Origin: Selaginella moellendorffii
Taxonomy: Eukaryota; Plantae; Lycopodiophyta
Assembly: GCF_000143415.4 (NCBI RefSeq)
Contig: NW_003314262.1
Coordinates: 1,835,732 to 1,899,731 of the forward strand
Direction of reading: 5' to 3'
DNA: 64,000 nt
This document shows positions 45,831 through 58,600 of the stretch, piece after piece (position 1 is the stretch's first letter; every line of letters begins with the position of its first letter). Made by a program: the position numbers and the translations under genes. The notes beneath the pieces are model-generated. The model saw only the letters and a program-made list of their open reading frames with translations. It ran no database searches and was not told where the DNA came from.

Positions 45831-48512
45831 CTACAATCGATCGAGCAAGCACGCCGGAGGAGGCGAGAAATACGCTACACGCCTCTGGTGGAGCGGCATG
45901 AGCGGGATCCTAGGCGGCTTGTCCTCCTTTCTCACGCTCGAATCCTCCGACTGATCCAACACCCCGGGGCCTCTCGTGTAGACAACCGCGATGGCCGACG
46001 CAAACGCTTGCAAGTAGCTCACCGGAGCCTGGAAGGAGATCGGGAACAATCCATCGCTGATCGCTCCCAAGCGCAGCGAGGGAGATTGGCTTTTGTTCTT
46101 CCCCTGGAAAAAAAACTTAAAACTCCGATCAGCCAAGGAATAGAAGATAACTTCTCTTACCTGCAAAGAGATGTTGATGAGCTCTTTCGATCTTTGGAGC
46201 TCCTGCTGGCCTTCCAGGATCGTTAGACCGCAGCCGAGATCCCAGCTTCCACAGTCGCATCGCCCTCCAGAGCGCCACCGATCCATCAAAGGTTGAGGAC
46301 CGCCACTTCCTCGTACTGGTAGCCCGTGGTTTCCAGCCGGGAGAACTACCGTCACGGTGGAGGCCGGAGCTTCTTCTCTCCCAAAGTCGGCCTTCACTCC
46401 CATCAGTTCTCTGAGCTTAAAGCTGTGCGTCCTGGCCTTGTTGTCGCCCTGGTTTTCTTTCGTCTCGGTCGCCACCTGCAGTGGCAATCGTCCCGGAAGG
46501 CTGAATCTCCGGCCATTAGAGCCCTTCCTGGACGAGTTCCTGAGTGCCTTCGAGCTCCATTTCTTGTTTAGAGCCTCCCAGACGGACTGTGCGCTGCTCA
46601 CACCGGCGGACGATCGGATCACGATGGCGGCAAACTCTGGCGATGACTGGATCTTCACCTCCGCGGCCTCCACTTCGCTGTCACTCCACGAGCTTCGATC
46701 GTCGTCCGACTTTGGCCTCAGCGGACTGGAGCTTAGAGACTTCTTTGAGCGCCGGAGACGATCTCGCTTCGAAAACCGAGGCGAAACCAAGCTCGTAGGG
46801 ACCATGCTCATCGCGACGTAGCGCGAGGAGGTCGCGTTTGCTAGCCGCACCGGAGAAGGGCTAGCCGCAGAAAAAGGTGACGGAAAGCTATACGGTGACT
46901 TGCAGCTCGACTGTGGCGATGTTCCAGTCTCCCAAGTCGAGAAGCTCAGCCTTGGGCTACATGCTCCATTTCCATCCGAAAGAACGAATTCCAGCTCCAT
47001 GGTGTCGTCTTCATCCTTGCTTTCTGCTGGCACAACTTTGCTGCTGAAGGTCATGCTTCCAACAAGCTCTGGATCGGTCCTGTCTCTTCTCACCCAGTTC
47101 TTCCAGTGTCTTCTCGATCTTCCCTTCGGCTTCCAGGAGTAGAACGTGTATACCAGCTCCCCGGTCTCTAGGCCGTCAAGAGGACAGGATTTCACCGCTT
47201 TCGCAACAAGGATTTCTTCAAGACCGTCGACGGAGAATGTGAAACTCGGGGTGTCGTTCCGGACCACACAGTGAACATGACCATGGACAGTCCGCGATGG
47301 AACTACCATAGACATGCTCACGCTGGCCAGCTGCGCATTCTCTTCTCTTGACGTTGTTTTGCCGAATGACAGACGAGGAGAAGGCAGGCAGCGAGTTTTA
47401 CCCCCGTGAACGCTGTCCTCGGAAGCGAAGTAGAGTGGACCCTTATATTCCTCCAAAAACGTCCCATCCTCCGGCACCACTGTCTTTGCCATCCCGAGAC
47501 ACCCCAAAGCTTTTGCTTCCATACCTCGAACTCGTCTGGGAGATGTCCCATACAGGCTTGTTTTGCCACTTGTCGAAGCAGATAACTCAGCACCAGCGCC
47601 TGTTTTCATCTTGAATTGTTCCCCACCTGTCTTCGCAAAAGACAAGCGATTGTTTCTCGGTTGACTGCTTGCAGGGTTTCGTCTCACACCCCCTGGAGAA
47701 CTATGGTACCCGGACTTCTCTTCTTGCGTCTCAAAGGCTCTTGAAGGCGTAGCCACGGAGTTTCGTTCTGACAGAGGAGAAGGATGGCCGATAGAAAGCC
47801 GCGACTTGAACTTGTCATACGAACTTCTCCGAAAAGTCGGTCCGGGGCTCAACGGCAGATGCTTGGTAAGAACAGACCCCAAGCTCTTGGCAAGTTTCTT
47901 CCTTCGTGACGAGCGTATCCGCAACTCGCCGCCGCCATCGCCTGCTTGATCGAAGCAAGGATTAATGCAGCTGTGAATGTTCTTGGAGCAGTAACGCGTG
48001 CGATCTGTCCAAACTGGAAACGTTTCGTAGGCGTCATCTTGCAGAGAAACGGCTGCCTTGGGCGAGTCTGCTGCAGGAGTTTGTTTGTTCGTTGCCAGTT
48101 GCCTGTTGCCTGCGATCCTGACACTATCATCACCTTCGTCCCCCACCAAATTTCCCTCCACGAAAGAAAATTCGAAATAAGAGCTGTTGTCCCTGGAACT
48201 CGTTCCGGCAAGTTTCGATCCTGGCAAGAACTCAATGCTGGAGGTGACGGACAAGCTAACAATTGGTGAAACCTCCTCCTTGACGAAAGAGCTTGCGTCA
48301 CTTCTGGATGAAAACGAAGAGCAATCAACCGTTGAAAACAGTGACGACGTCTCGCTGTTCGATGGCGAGTGGAATGCAGCGACTGGAAGCGTACTCTTGG
48401 GTGAAATTTCTTTGTCATACGTGTTTGACGGGCCCTCACCCACATAACTCTCGAGATTCTTCGCTATCTCTTCCCGAACGAGCTCCGACTGTGTGGACAC
48501 CATAGCCGACAT
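45831..48512 (-). CDS. DUF3527 family plant protein (57-nt in-frame intron at 46104-46160)
   Basis: VVLPAGNHGLP...GPQPLMDRWRSGGRCDCGSWDLGC and FQAPVSYLQAFASAIA motifs. Confidence 0.88.
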   Translation of the reverse strand: MSAMVSTQSELVREEIAKNLESYVGEGPSNTYDKEISPKSTLPVAAFHSPSNSETSSLFSTVDCSSFSSRSDASSFVKEEVSPIVSLSVTSSIEFLPGSKLAGTSSRDNSSYFEFSFVEGNLVGDEGDDSVRIAGNRQLATNKQTPAADSPKAAVSLQDDAYETFPVWTDRTRYCSKNIHSCINPCFDQAGDGGGELRIRSSRRKKLAKSLGSVLTKHLPLSPGPTFRRSSYDKFKSRLSIGHPSPLSERNSVATPSRAFETQEEKSGYHSSPGGVRRNPASSQPRNNRLSFAKTGGEQFKMKTGAGAELSASTSGKTSLYGTSPRRVRGMEAKALGCLGMAKTVVPEDGTFLEEYKGPLYFASEDSVHGGKTRCLPSPRLSFGKTTSREENAQLASVSMSMVVPSRTVHGHVHCVVRNDTPSFTFSVDGLEEILVAKAVKSCPLDGLETGELVYTFYSWKPKGRSRRHWKNWVRRDRTDPELVGSMTFSSKVVPAESKDEDDTMELEFVLSDGNGACSPRLSFSTWETGTSPQSSCKSPYSFPSPFSAASPSPVRLANATSSRYVAMSMVPTSLVSPRFSKRDRLRRSKKSLSSSPLRPKSDDDRSSWSDSEVEAAEVKIQSSPEFAAIVIRSSAGVSSAQSVWEALNKKWSSKALRNSSRKGSNGRRFSLPGRLPLQVATETKENQGDNKARTHSFKLRELMGVKADFGREEAPASTVTVVLPAGNHGLPVRGSGGPQPLMDRWRSGGRCDCGSWDLGCGLTILEGQQELQRSKELINISLQVREVIFYSLADRSFKFFFQGKNKSQSPSLRLGAISDGLFPISFQAPVSYLQAFASAIAVVYTRGPGVLDQSEDSSVRKEDKPPRIPLMPLHQRRVAYFSPPPACLLDRL

Positions 48513-50355
48513 TTGTACAGACCTGATAAGTCACCATGGCAGAGAGAGATAGTATCCTATATTGTAAGAACTCGATCACTTACTGGCAAGAAAAAAACGA
48601 TTTGATCTCTCCGCTGTCGCGTTTTTATGGAATGGAAACAGTGGTCAACTATAACGTGTTCCTTCCTGTGATCCACTTAGAAACTTTGATACGCGATTGT
48701 CCTGACACTGTTATGAAACAGAAAAGGGAATTGTTAGGAGCTACCAAAAGATTTTAAAAACCACTCACCGTCTCAGAAGCCCAGAGCTCTCACTCTTGAC
48801 TCCCGTGAAGATCACGTTTTCTTCCCTGATGCATGCAAGGACTCTGTCCTCTCCAGCTTCTACTAGACCAAACCTGGCGATCGCAAGAGCATTCCAAAAC
48901 ATTCGCCCCAAACACCTCTGCTGGATTCTACTTTCGTCGCTGCTCGATCAAGTGGAATAGAAAGGGAGCGAGCTCTTGCCACTTCGTTGGAAGACTAAAT
49001 CCAAGCTGCAGAGACGCAGATGAAGTGCAAGGCGATCGATCATAACAAAAGCTCAAAGAAATTTCTGGGCCTGGCAACTCACATTGATTCGCGACTGGGA
49101 TAGATATTACGGAGCTCTCTGCCGGCTCCCTGGCAAACCTGATGAAAAAGAGTGGCCGTGATTTTGCAACGATCTCCTCCAGAGCTGCGCGACGGATGCA
49201 TTAAATGTCTCATGAGACAACAAAAGATCATCCAGCGAAGAATCAGAGGAGCAAGAGAGAAGAGCGCTCCAATCGACCGATGCTGTCGAGGAAATTTGGC
49301 ATCAAGAACAAGACGGTGCTAGTAGCGCTGCCACATTTCCCATGGCGGATTGCGTCTCTTCCACCATAGCCGCTGTAAATGCGCTCCCATACGAGGACAA
49401 AGAGAAATAAAACCTTTCTTGAGGCCTTCTTGAGCCATATGGCATAGATTGCCAGAAAAGTCGTACGCTAAAGTACGGCAAATTTCAAACAGCGACTTAT
49501 ATTTTCTAGAGAATTTACTATGGGTCGCTGCTAAACGAACTAGCGTGACCAGATTTTCTACCGAGCGAAAGCCTACCTAGCGGCCAGTAAGTAGGCTTGC
49601 TAAATTTTAACCAAGGGTAAAACCTGACAGTGATGCCGCGTGCATGGGAATAGTAAAGGTGGTGAAAACGAAGTGCATCGTGTGGCGCCAAGTGTCCGGC
49701 GAGATTCGCTCACACGGTGGTAAGGAAATTCGAATTTGGTGACAATGGGTCAAAGAACAATTAATACAAATTCTATCATACCATGTTGCTATGATCGGAG
49801 AAACATTGTGGAATGAATCTTCCACTATTCCTCCTAACAAACACAAGTCAATGCAAACATCTATTTTGTTAGTTTGCGCCAAATTTAACTGGCCACTATC
49901 AGCGCACTAACGCAACCTCACATCACAATCCACAAGAGTCCATACTTTCAGTATCCGAGAGAAAAGAAGAGAATATATCAATAGAATAATCATCCCTCCC
50001 AAAACGACGTCTTCCCTCCCATTCCTTAAAGCACGCCTTTTGGTTTTGAATTTCAAACTTTTGCATGGCGCGCGCGCCGTGGCGGCCGTACAGCGACAAA
50101 ACCAAAGCGCGAATATCCTCTGCCATGCTCCCAAAATTTCAAGGAAAGTTTTAAACTCCGCATGAACGAACAAAGGTGGCGGCGTGTGTGAGTGGATTTC
50201 TCCAAAAAGCACGCGAGGTTTTGGACGGACAATAGGTAATTCAAACTGGACAATAGGAAAAAGCCATCTTCCATAGAGCAAATAGCTCGAAAAACTCTCC
50301 ATGAACGAACAAAGTGTCCACGAAAATCCAGTCTCTGTGAGTGTTTGATTGAGAG

Positions 50356-51641
50356 CTACGCGCGCGGAGGATAGCCTGGAGGAGGATACCCAGTGGGAGG
50401 ATAGCCCGCCGGGTATGGCTGGCCGTAAGCTTGCGTCGGCGCTGGAGGGAAGTAGCCAGCGGATGGAGGAACTGGCTGATCGATCCGGGACATCATCTGG
50501 AATCCTGGAGCTTGCATTGGGCGCTCGACGGGGCCGAATTTTCCGTCCCACTTGTCCATCTCGACTTTGTGCTGTGTCTGTGGAAGAACAAAACAAAATA
50601 TACAAAAGAACTTGTCAACCATTGTCACGGGCTCGGTTGGAAGTTTTGTGCGTCTTACCTGCATACACGCGCACACCCTGCAAGAACAAAAGAAAAGAAG
50701 AAAAAGAAAAAGAACCCGTGATGAGATTGGAAGAAAAGACCAAAAGGAGTGCTCGGAAGAACTTACGTGCAGTAGACGCCGTCCGAGATGCAGTAGAGGA
50801 TATTGGCAGCCTCGTAGAGATCCTCGCTGCCAGCGATGGCCGCAACCAGCGAGAAGATGCACGAAAGCTGCTGCAAGCAAAACATAAACCCCTGCGATCC
50901 AGAAAGGCAATCGTAAGTTCCATGAAGAACGAAACATATGATGTCAAGACTCCATACGATGATGAAGTTGTCACATTTCGTGTTCTGGAGGTTATACTCG
51001 TCCTGTAGCAAGTAGCGTGTGGACTGGACGGAGTTTGGGAAGAACAGCATCACCTGATACAAGTTTTTGCGTTTTTGGTTTTTAGAAACAACAAGGATCA
51101 TAAGTCTGGGTGAAATTCTTGACTACCTCAGCGCAGAGACAAAGTTCCGGACAGCTTTGCTCGCCGCAGCTGCCACTGCAAGGCATATATCCAGCGCAGC
51201 ATACGTATCTACAGTGATCAAAAGGGAGAAAAAATAGTTTAGAAAAAAAATTTCATAGAAAAGAGAAACCACGAGGAAAAAGAACGATCGTGCCTGGACA
51301 TGTCGTTGTGAAGGGCCCGCTTTCTCAAGAGATAAGAAGCACACGGTGCACTGTAGAGAAGATCAAAGAAACAAAAAAAAAGGGATCGATCCAAGAATCG
51401 AGGAAGAGAGATCTTTATAAATCTCACCAGAAGGCGGCAAAGCAGCAAACTGGAAGCGAAATAACGGCCAAATATCAGCGAAGAACCAGCATTTGCGAGT
51501 AGAAAAGAGCGAAGCGAGAAAGAATCGATCGAAAAACTTACATGGACAATCGTTGAGAGTGGAATGCGTGAGATCGGTGTGCCAGAGGTTGCGGTAGGTG
51601 TTCCGCACCTCCATCTTATCGATGAGCGATTGCCTCCACAT
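50356..51641 (-). CDS. PLAC8-family cysteine-rich protein with a Pro/Gly/Tyr-rich tail; multi-exon
   Basis: KMEVRNTYRNLWHTDL, APCASYLLRKRALHNDMSR|YVCCAGYMPCSGSCGEQSCPELCLCAE, LLQDEYNLQNTKCDNFII, CACMQ|TQHKVEMD. Confidence 0.9.
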
Positions 51642-51716
51642 CTTGGAAGATCACGGGGGCGCGCGCTTCGTCGATCGAGTCAATCGCCCACAAAACCTAA
51701 CACCAATGGTGGAACC

Positions 51717-53273
51717 CTAGCGGGGAATATTCGAACCTGGAAGAGCGCCATAGAGCAAGACGTACGAGGAGCCTGTTCTAGCGTCGAGATCCAAGACCTT
51801 CTTGGCCGCGCGCGCCGCCAGCACCGATTCGCCGTGGATCCGACACGCCCCCAGCAGCGTCTTCCACTGAATCCCCTCGCGATGGATCATCGGCATGCCG
51901 CGGACGAGATCCTCCGCCCTGGAGAGCTGCCCGGCGCGCGCGAGGAGATCCACCACGCACGCGTAGTGATTCTCGCGCGGCGCCATGGCGTAGTCGTCGA
52001 TCATCGCCAGGAAGAAGAGGATTCCGTCCTCGAGCAATCCGCCGTGGCTGCAAGCGCTGAGGATGCTCACGAACGTCTTCTCCCCTGGGATGAAACCCTC
52101 GAGTGCCATCGCCCGGAAGAAACCCTTGGCGCCATCGCTGTGGCCGATCTTGGCCAGCGCCGCGACGAGCTCCGTCCAGGACACGATCGTGCGCTCCGGC
52201 ATCGCCGCAAAGATCGCCGCCGCGACATCAAGGTCCCCGCAGCAGCAGTACATTTCGATCACGGCATTCGCGACGATCGAATCAGAGAGAAGCCCTCGCC
52301 TCGCGACCTCCCCGTGGAGAACCTTGCCCTGGGGACGATCCGTGACACTCGCGCACGCATCCAGCAAGCTCGTGAATGTGATCTCGTCCGCCACGAGATC
52401 CATCGCGCAATAGAGCCGCAGCGCTTCATAGCCCTGATCGCTCGCGACGTATGCCTTGATCATCAAATTCCAGGTCGCGACGCTCCTCTCTTTCATCCTA
52501 TCGAAGATTTTTCTCGCTTCTAGCAGATGCCCATTCAAGGCATATGCTCCTACCATGATATTCCACGAGACTAGATTCCATTCCGGAATCCTGTCAAAGA
52601 GGCTTCTTGCCCAGTCGACCATTCCGCCAGAAGAGTAGGCCGATAGCATCAGATTCCACGACGTGATGTTATACTCGGGCATCCGATCAAACAGGCATTC
52701 CGCCCCGGAATGGTCACCTTCCTGGACATACGCCGTGAGCATGCAATTCCAAGATACCATGTTCCTCTCCAGCATTGAATCAAATATTCTCTTAGATTCC
52801 TCTATTTCCCCATTCTGGAAGTACGCCGTGACCAAAGAGTTCCAGGAGACTACGTTCGGCTCGGGCATTCTATCAAAGAATTTCTTTGCGCTTTCAAGAT
52901 GCCCGAGGAGGGCATATGCCGAGATCATCGTATTCCACGACACGGAATCTCTCTCCGGCATCCCCTCGAAAAGATTCCTGGCATCGTCGAGATTCCCACT
53001 GCCGGCAAATGCCGCAATGAGGATATTCCAGGTGAAAACATTGCGGTGTGGCATCTTCTGGAACAGAAGGTGTGCTTCGTCAACGCTGCCACATCGGCCG
53101 TACATCTGGATGAGGAGATTGCAGAGGAACACATCCTGGCCGTCCTTTGCGATCTGTGAGTGCAGCTGCCGGCCAAGAGAGAGGCATCGAGGGCCATTGC
53201 ACTGCCCCAGAAGAAACGCATATGCCTGTTTCGTTGGATCTGATGCTCTGTTTTTGATATGTTTTTCTGTCAT
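51717..53273 (-). CDS. PLS-class pentatricopeptide repeat protein with E extension and no DYW (probable organellar RNA-editing factor)
   Basis: Tandem short PPRs (FDRMPERxxVSWNxxxxAY); TFVSILSACSHGG, HYACVVDLLARAG, WKTLLGACRIHG. Confidence 0.93.
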   Translation of the reverse strand: MTEKHIKNRASDPTKQAYAFLLGQCNGPRCLSLGRQLHSQIAKDGQDVFLCNLLIQMYGRCGSVDEAHLLFQKMPHRNVFTWNILIAAFAGSGNLDDARNLFEGMPERDSVSWNTMISAYALLGHLESAKKFFDRMPEPNVVSWNSLVTAYFQNGEIEESKRIFDSMLERNMVSWNCMLTAYVQEGDHSGAECLFDRMPEYNITSWNLMLSAYSSGGMVDWARSLFDRIPEWNLVSWNIMVGAYALNGHLLEARKIFDRMKERSVATWNLMIKAYVASDQGYEALRLYCAMDLVADEITFTSLLDACASVTDRPQGKVLHGEVARRGLLSDSIVANAVIEMYCCCGDLDVAAAIFAAMPERTIVSWTELVAALAKIGHSDGAKGFFRAMALEGFIPGEKTFVSILSACSHGGLLEDGILFFLAMIDDYAMAPRENHYACVVDLLARAGQLSRAEDLVRGMPMIHREGIQWKTLLGACRIHGESVLAARAAKKVLDLDARTGSSYVLLYGALPGSNIPR

Positions 53274-53315
53274 TCACATTTTTATCATTTGAAACAAAAA
53301 CTTTTTTATACGAAA

Positions 53316-53880
53316 TTATGTCTTGCGAGGATCACGACTTAATCCTAGTTCTTTCAAGGACTTGAGGTACTGCTTCATGAGCGAGATTTTACTGTGGGTG
53401 AGGTGATCAAGGTAGTCCCATGTGTAGATTCCAGTGTTATGGAGATCATCAAATGTGATCCTACCATGTAAGAATTCTTTAGATCGCCCAACAAAGAATT
53501 AACTGAGATACCTGATAGCATAGTTTCCAATGGGGTCAATTGACATGATGCCAACATGCCTCCTTCCAGAAACTATCTAGAGTTTCAAGGGAAAACGATG
53601 ATTTTTCAAGAGAAAGAGGAACTATATAAGAGAGAAAAAAGCGAACCTTGGATCTTCTCTTGCTATCAGCAGCTGGACTGTAGACTCGCAAGTACTCGGC
53701 AGACATTTGAAATTTCTGCCCATCGTCAAATTCGATCTCTGCCTGGCAAGAGTTGTTTAAGGAAACCACTCAAAGAAAGTTTCTTGCCTGGTGCGGATTT
53801 GGGACACGAACATTGATGACGGATCTCCCTCTCTTTCCCGAGAGAGCGAGCTGCCTCAACCACGCGCTAGCAAACACCAT
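53316..53880 (-). CDS. DUF971 / GBBH-like N-terminal domain protein; multi-exon
   Basis: AEIEFDDGQKFQMSAEYLRVYSPAAD, IVSGRRHVGIMSIDPIGNYAIR|ITFDDLHNTGIYTWDYL; intron 1 is GC-AG (53743-53787). Confidence 0.88.
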
Positions 53881-54493
53881 AACTAAAGCGTTGCCCTAAC
53901 CTTGAGCCTAAATGTATTTATAACAAATTAGTTAAAGGCAGACTAACTCTCAGTTCGTTAGAAGTTGCAATGAGATGAGAATTTGTGGAACACTGCACAT
54001 GGCCAGAGTAAAAGATTTCTAAAGAAGTTGGAAAGCTAAGTTTGGAATGAGCTCCATTAGTTGACTCTACCCCCTTTGAGGCTATGCTGCTCCAGGACCA
54101 GTCCATAACTACAATTCCATCCAATTCTAAACACGCGTCATACACAAATTGCATGGATGACGATGAATTGGTATAGTGTAGGTACTTGGTTTATGAATAT
54201 TTACCTCTTATTTATTTATCATATCTTTCTTATTAAACTATAACAAAGTTGAGAATGGGAACAGTGGGCACACCATATGCTTTTTGGATTTTAGTTAGTG
54301 TTTACTATCCACGTGTGCCTAAATGAGGAACATGGGACCTAACCTACGATACTCCCTTAATCCCACCATGTCCTTCCATCTCATGTAGCCACCACTGTAA
54401 TTGGCTGCCTGTGCTCAAAAGAGTAGCCTTGTCCCATTCATGCCATGTCTTCTCCTTAGCATATACAAGTTGGTGTTTTGAAAACACAATGGA

Positions 54494-54594
54494 ATTACTA
54501 TCAACGTGAATTTTGTAGAGTGCGAAACTCTATTGCTAGAGTTTGGCACTCTACAAAATTCACATTGATAGTAATATTGCTAGAGTTTGGCACT
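54494..54594. repeat. Near-perfect hairpin with 39-bp arms, plus a 20-bp direct duplication
   Basis: ATTACTATCAACGTGAATTTTGTAGAGTGCGAAACTCTA-TTGC-TAGAGTTTGGCACTCTACAAAATTCACATTGATAGTAAT; TATTGCTAGAGTTTGGCACT occurs at 54531 and 54575. Confidence 0.9.
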
Positions 54595-55699
54595 GACCAC
54601 AATTCATAACAAGCCTACAAGCCTGCCTATTTGGTTTTCGGATTTTATATATTTTTAATCTCATTAATGATCTAGATCTTAATGATATATATTTAATGTT
54701 AAATTTCACTCCAATGGTTATTTTTTAAGATATTTTATTCTAAAAGATCTAAGCCTTTATTTTGAGTACAAAAATAGGTTTATTAATTGGAAGAAATTAA
54801 TAAAAATTGCAGTTGCCTTGGTATCTATAGAAATGGATGGATCAGGCTCAATTTTTAATATGTTAAACTATTATAATTAAAGTATTTACTTTATATGTTT
54901 GTATATATGTGTTTGTATGTATGTATGACATGTATATCTGTCTGTCTGTCTATATGTGTGTGTATTTTTTGCTGAGCTATTGTTGACTACCAATTGAAAT
55001 TAGAAACTCCAATAGACCATTAATGTAGTTGATCCAAAGTTATATATAAGCTGAAGATTTCACTACCAATCAAAATTTAGAACTCCCATAAAACCATTAA
55101 TATAGTTGTTGATAACCAAAACAGAACCCAAAGTCATATATAAATTTCATTTGGATTTCTTAGGAGGTCATCCCTTAATTTTTCCCAAGTTGTTCCATTT
55201 AATTGCTTATAATTATTTAATACTGAATGTTTATAATTGTTTGAGTGTTTGCTCTTAAATTTGAACTTCCTAGAAAGTTACCCACCAATACTCATTTGCC
55301 CCTTAGAACAATTTTGCCACATTATAAGAATGTCAACACATCCTTTAATTACACATCTAACTCTTTGGGTTATTTTAGCATTTCTTAGAGGTAGCCCTAA
55401 CGACCATTTCAAGAAACTTTATCCTCATCGTTATTTGACTTTCCACAATCATCAACTTTAATCTTAAATTCATAAATACCATGCTTAACCATATAAAGAT
55501 AATCTTTCAACTTGTTTATTATCTAGGAGTCTCTATCCTTCCTGTGATCCTAACTATAATTGTTTATCATAATTATATTAACTAATTTGCTAAGTCAAAC
55601 ACTTGAGGAAAACCTTCTATTATTCCTAAAATTTTAAACCCATTCTTTTATTGGCCCTTTTCTATCTACCACATTGCTTACAAGTTCATATATAAACTA

Positions 55700-58600
55700 A
55701 AGTGGAAATGATTACTTTGGGCTTTCACCCCATGACTTATATTAGTATTTGGATTCAGTTTCAAACTCGATCTCAAACTCGGTCTTAGTTTCAGTGTTAA
55801 TCTCAACACCTTTATGTGTCATGACACTTGCCATATATTGGTTCTTTTTGTGTCCCTTTCTAGAGACTCACTTATCAACCACTTCATGTTCATTCTTTGA
55901 GCATTTCTGCCACGAAAGCAATTGTGGGTATCAAGAGTTATTTGTCATCTTTACTACTATAACAGCTAGAGGTTGATATTACTAGTTCATTTTTCAGTCT
56001 CTGCCTAAAATAGTTGAGAAACTGATCATCATATATATACTTATGCTGAATAAATATAAAGTAGGAACTCCTATGTGTTTCTTGTTGAGCATACTCAACT
56101 TGGTAGAAGAAACTCATATGTTAATTTGCATTTGCTAGTGTTGGGAGCCCCGTGATATTGAGCTTAGTTTTCAATATTTGCTAGATGATAGCTTACCATG
56201 TCTGCCAAACACCATCGTAGGCATAGTGTAGCTCTTGCTTACATGCCTATCTTTGTTCTGCATTCAGCTTAGGTTTAAGCCCAAGTTCCACACCATGTTA
56301 GCTAGTGAAGTACCCATATTCTCGCATTAAGCCACTAGTATGTTGAAATAGTGTTAAACTCCATTTGGCTCCATTTTGTGTGTTAGTCTTGACATTAGGA
56401 TGCTAAATGCTCTAGGATTGTTCCAAGTCACTCCATGCTCCTATCCTTTCTGTCATGAATACCCCAATTCTTGCCACATTCTTGACTCTCACCAGATTCC
56501 TGACTTGCAGATGACATTCCTGACTCTCGAGACACTTCCCTATTCCTGACTCTTTGCTTTCCCGTACGATTCCTGAGTCTTGAGCCATATTCCTGATGAT
56601 GATGTGGCACTTCCTCGACCTCAACTATATTTAGGCCGTCCTCGATCCAAGAGTGGTGGAGCTTCATCAACCTATAGTATATATAGGTTAGCTTTGTTCC
56701 ATTTCTCCACAATCTGAATCAATGCCAATCTAAAGCTTTTTCTTCGTTTCCACTAGCTTTTCTCTTTGTTTTCTGCATTTTCCAGTCTTGATCTTGTTAG
56801 GGGTCTTGACACTTTCGCTCCTTGGGCTATACTCTTTGAAGTTGCTTTGTGCTCTAGTACCTTTGCTCCTTGGCTCCATACTTAGAAGTTTGGCTCTATT
56901 CCTTCATTCAATAGCCCAAAGCCTTGAATTTTGGGTTCCACTCCACTATTCTTAGACATATGGCATGTGGCACATGGAGGGTTTAGGTTCTGTTTTATGG
57001 CTATCTTATGATAAATCACTATAGAATAAAGGGTGAAAACCACATGTGCTACATTTGGTATTAAAAGATATCTCTTAGTGAGTACTATCCAATGAGATTG
57101 GGCAACTAGTTTTGTTGCATACGCAGAGATGAAAACAATGATTTGAGTGGGTACATATTTGTTTGCTAAGACTTCACATTCGTTATTTGGGTATGGATTT
57201 TTGTTATATTTTTTTTGTACCATATTACATGAGCTTGCTCTTGGGCTCATAAGATGGACTAAGATGTTATGTTTGCATGAGTTTGTGCTTGGGCTCATAG
57301 GTGAGGCACACTAGCAACTCAAGTTTACACTTTGAGTTAGCAAAATTAATATTAGCCTATCAGTGGTTCCATGAGTTGTTTCATGTATCATGGGTGAAAA
57401 TAATCCTCCCCTGGGTTTGCTATAAGTGGTGAATAGACTAGTCTATAGCTGTTTAGCATAGCACTAGTGGATCCTTCATACGCATAATAATAAGTGGATC
57501 AATCATGATTGTAAAGATTAGTCTATTGGTTTAAGTAGTTATTGCCATACTCTCTCATAAACTTTTCTTGGATTGGACTGAAGTTAGTACTAATGCAAGC
57601 TTAAGGTTTGGTCAAAGATGAAACTGAAAAGAGAGTTTTTAGGAACAAAGGATCAAACACATAAATCATTTTTTCTTCTTGGAGAAATGATTTGCAATAA
57701 GATGTTAACTCATTGCTCATGTTCACATTATGTAATTAAGAGTCCCTATCTTGACGTATGTTAGTTATGGTGGTCTTATAAGTGGTAAGTTATAGGATGG
57801 ATAGTGGTGGATGCTAAACTATTTTGCTTAGGCTTGTTATTGAACACTTGGGTTACAATGTTTAATTCTTTCTAAAGAACTTTATTATTATTCCTTGAAT
57901 AGCTTGGTGTTGGATTAATTTTGAGTTTGGTCAAAAAAAGAGTGGCATGAATTTGTCTATATTGTGAACAAAAGTTAGTAATGTTGGGTGTTATAAATTT
58001 TTATTAGTAGATTGTGGCATTTATGTTGCATTTTGTCGAATTGAGTTGACACTTGATACTCATATAAAGCTTTGTAGTATTGACATAGGTGTTACATATG
58101 GTATTGCTTGATTGATGATCAAGTCATTATAATTTTTATATCATATCTATTTGATTGAAAGCAATATATTTATGAAGTTTCTTAGTCAGACGATGATGAA
58201 AAGGGATAGAAAGAATCTAAGGGCATAGCTAAGGGTGGTTATGCAAGTTAGAAGTGGAAATGAGTGCTAACCCTGCTATAGAGAGTCTAAAGTATGGAAT
58301 TGTCCATATTAGACTATATAGCAATTAGAAAGTTTGCAAAAGGAGAGGCTTTAGGAAGATAAGGGATAAAGTCCCTTCAATTTTCTCGAAGAATTTTTTA
58401 GGTAAGTTAGTACATAGAAAAACAAGTATAAATGATTTATAGGAATGTGCAACATCAAAGTGGTGCATTAGAAGCTTGACCTTGAAGCTTACCATGAGGC
58501 AAGACTATCAAAGTTGAGAAAGTAGTTCCCAAAGTGTTAAAAAAAATGGCTTTGAATGAAAATCAATATTTGAGGACTTTCACGCTCATACATAGAACCA

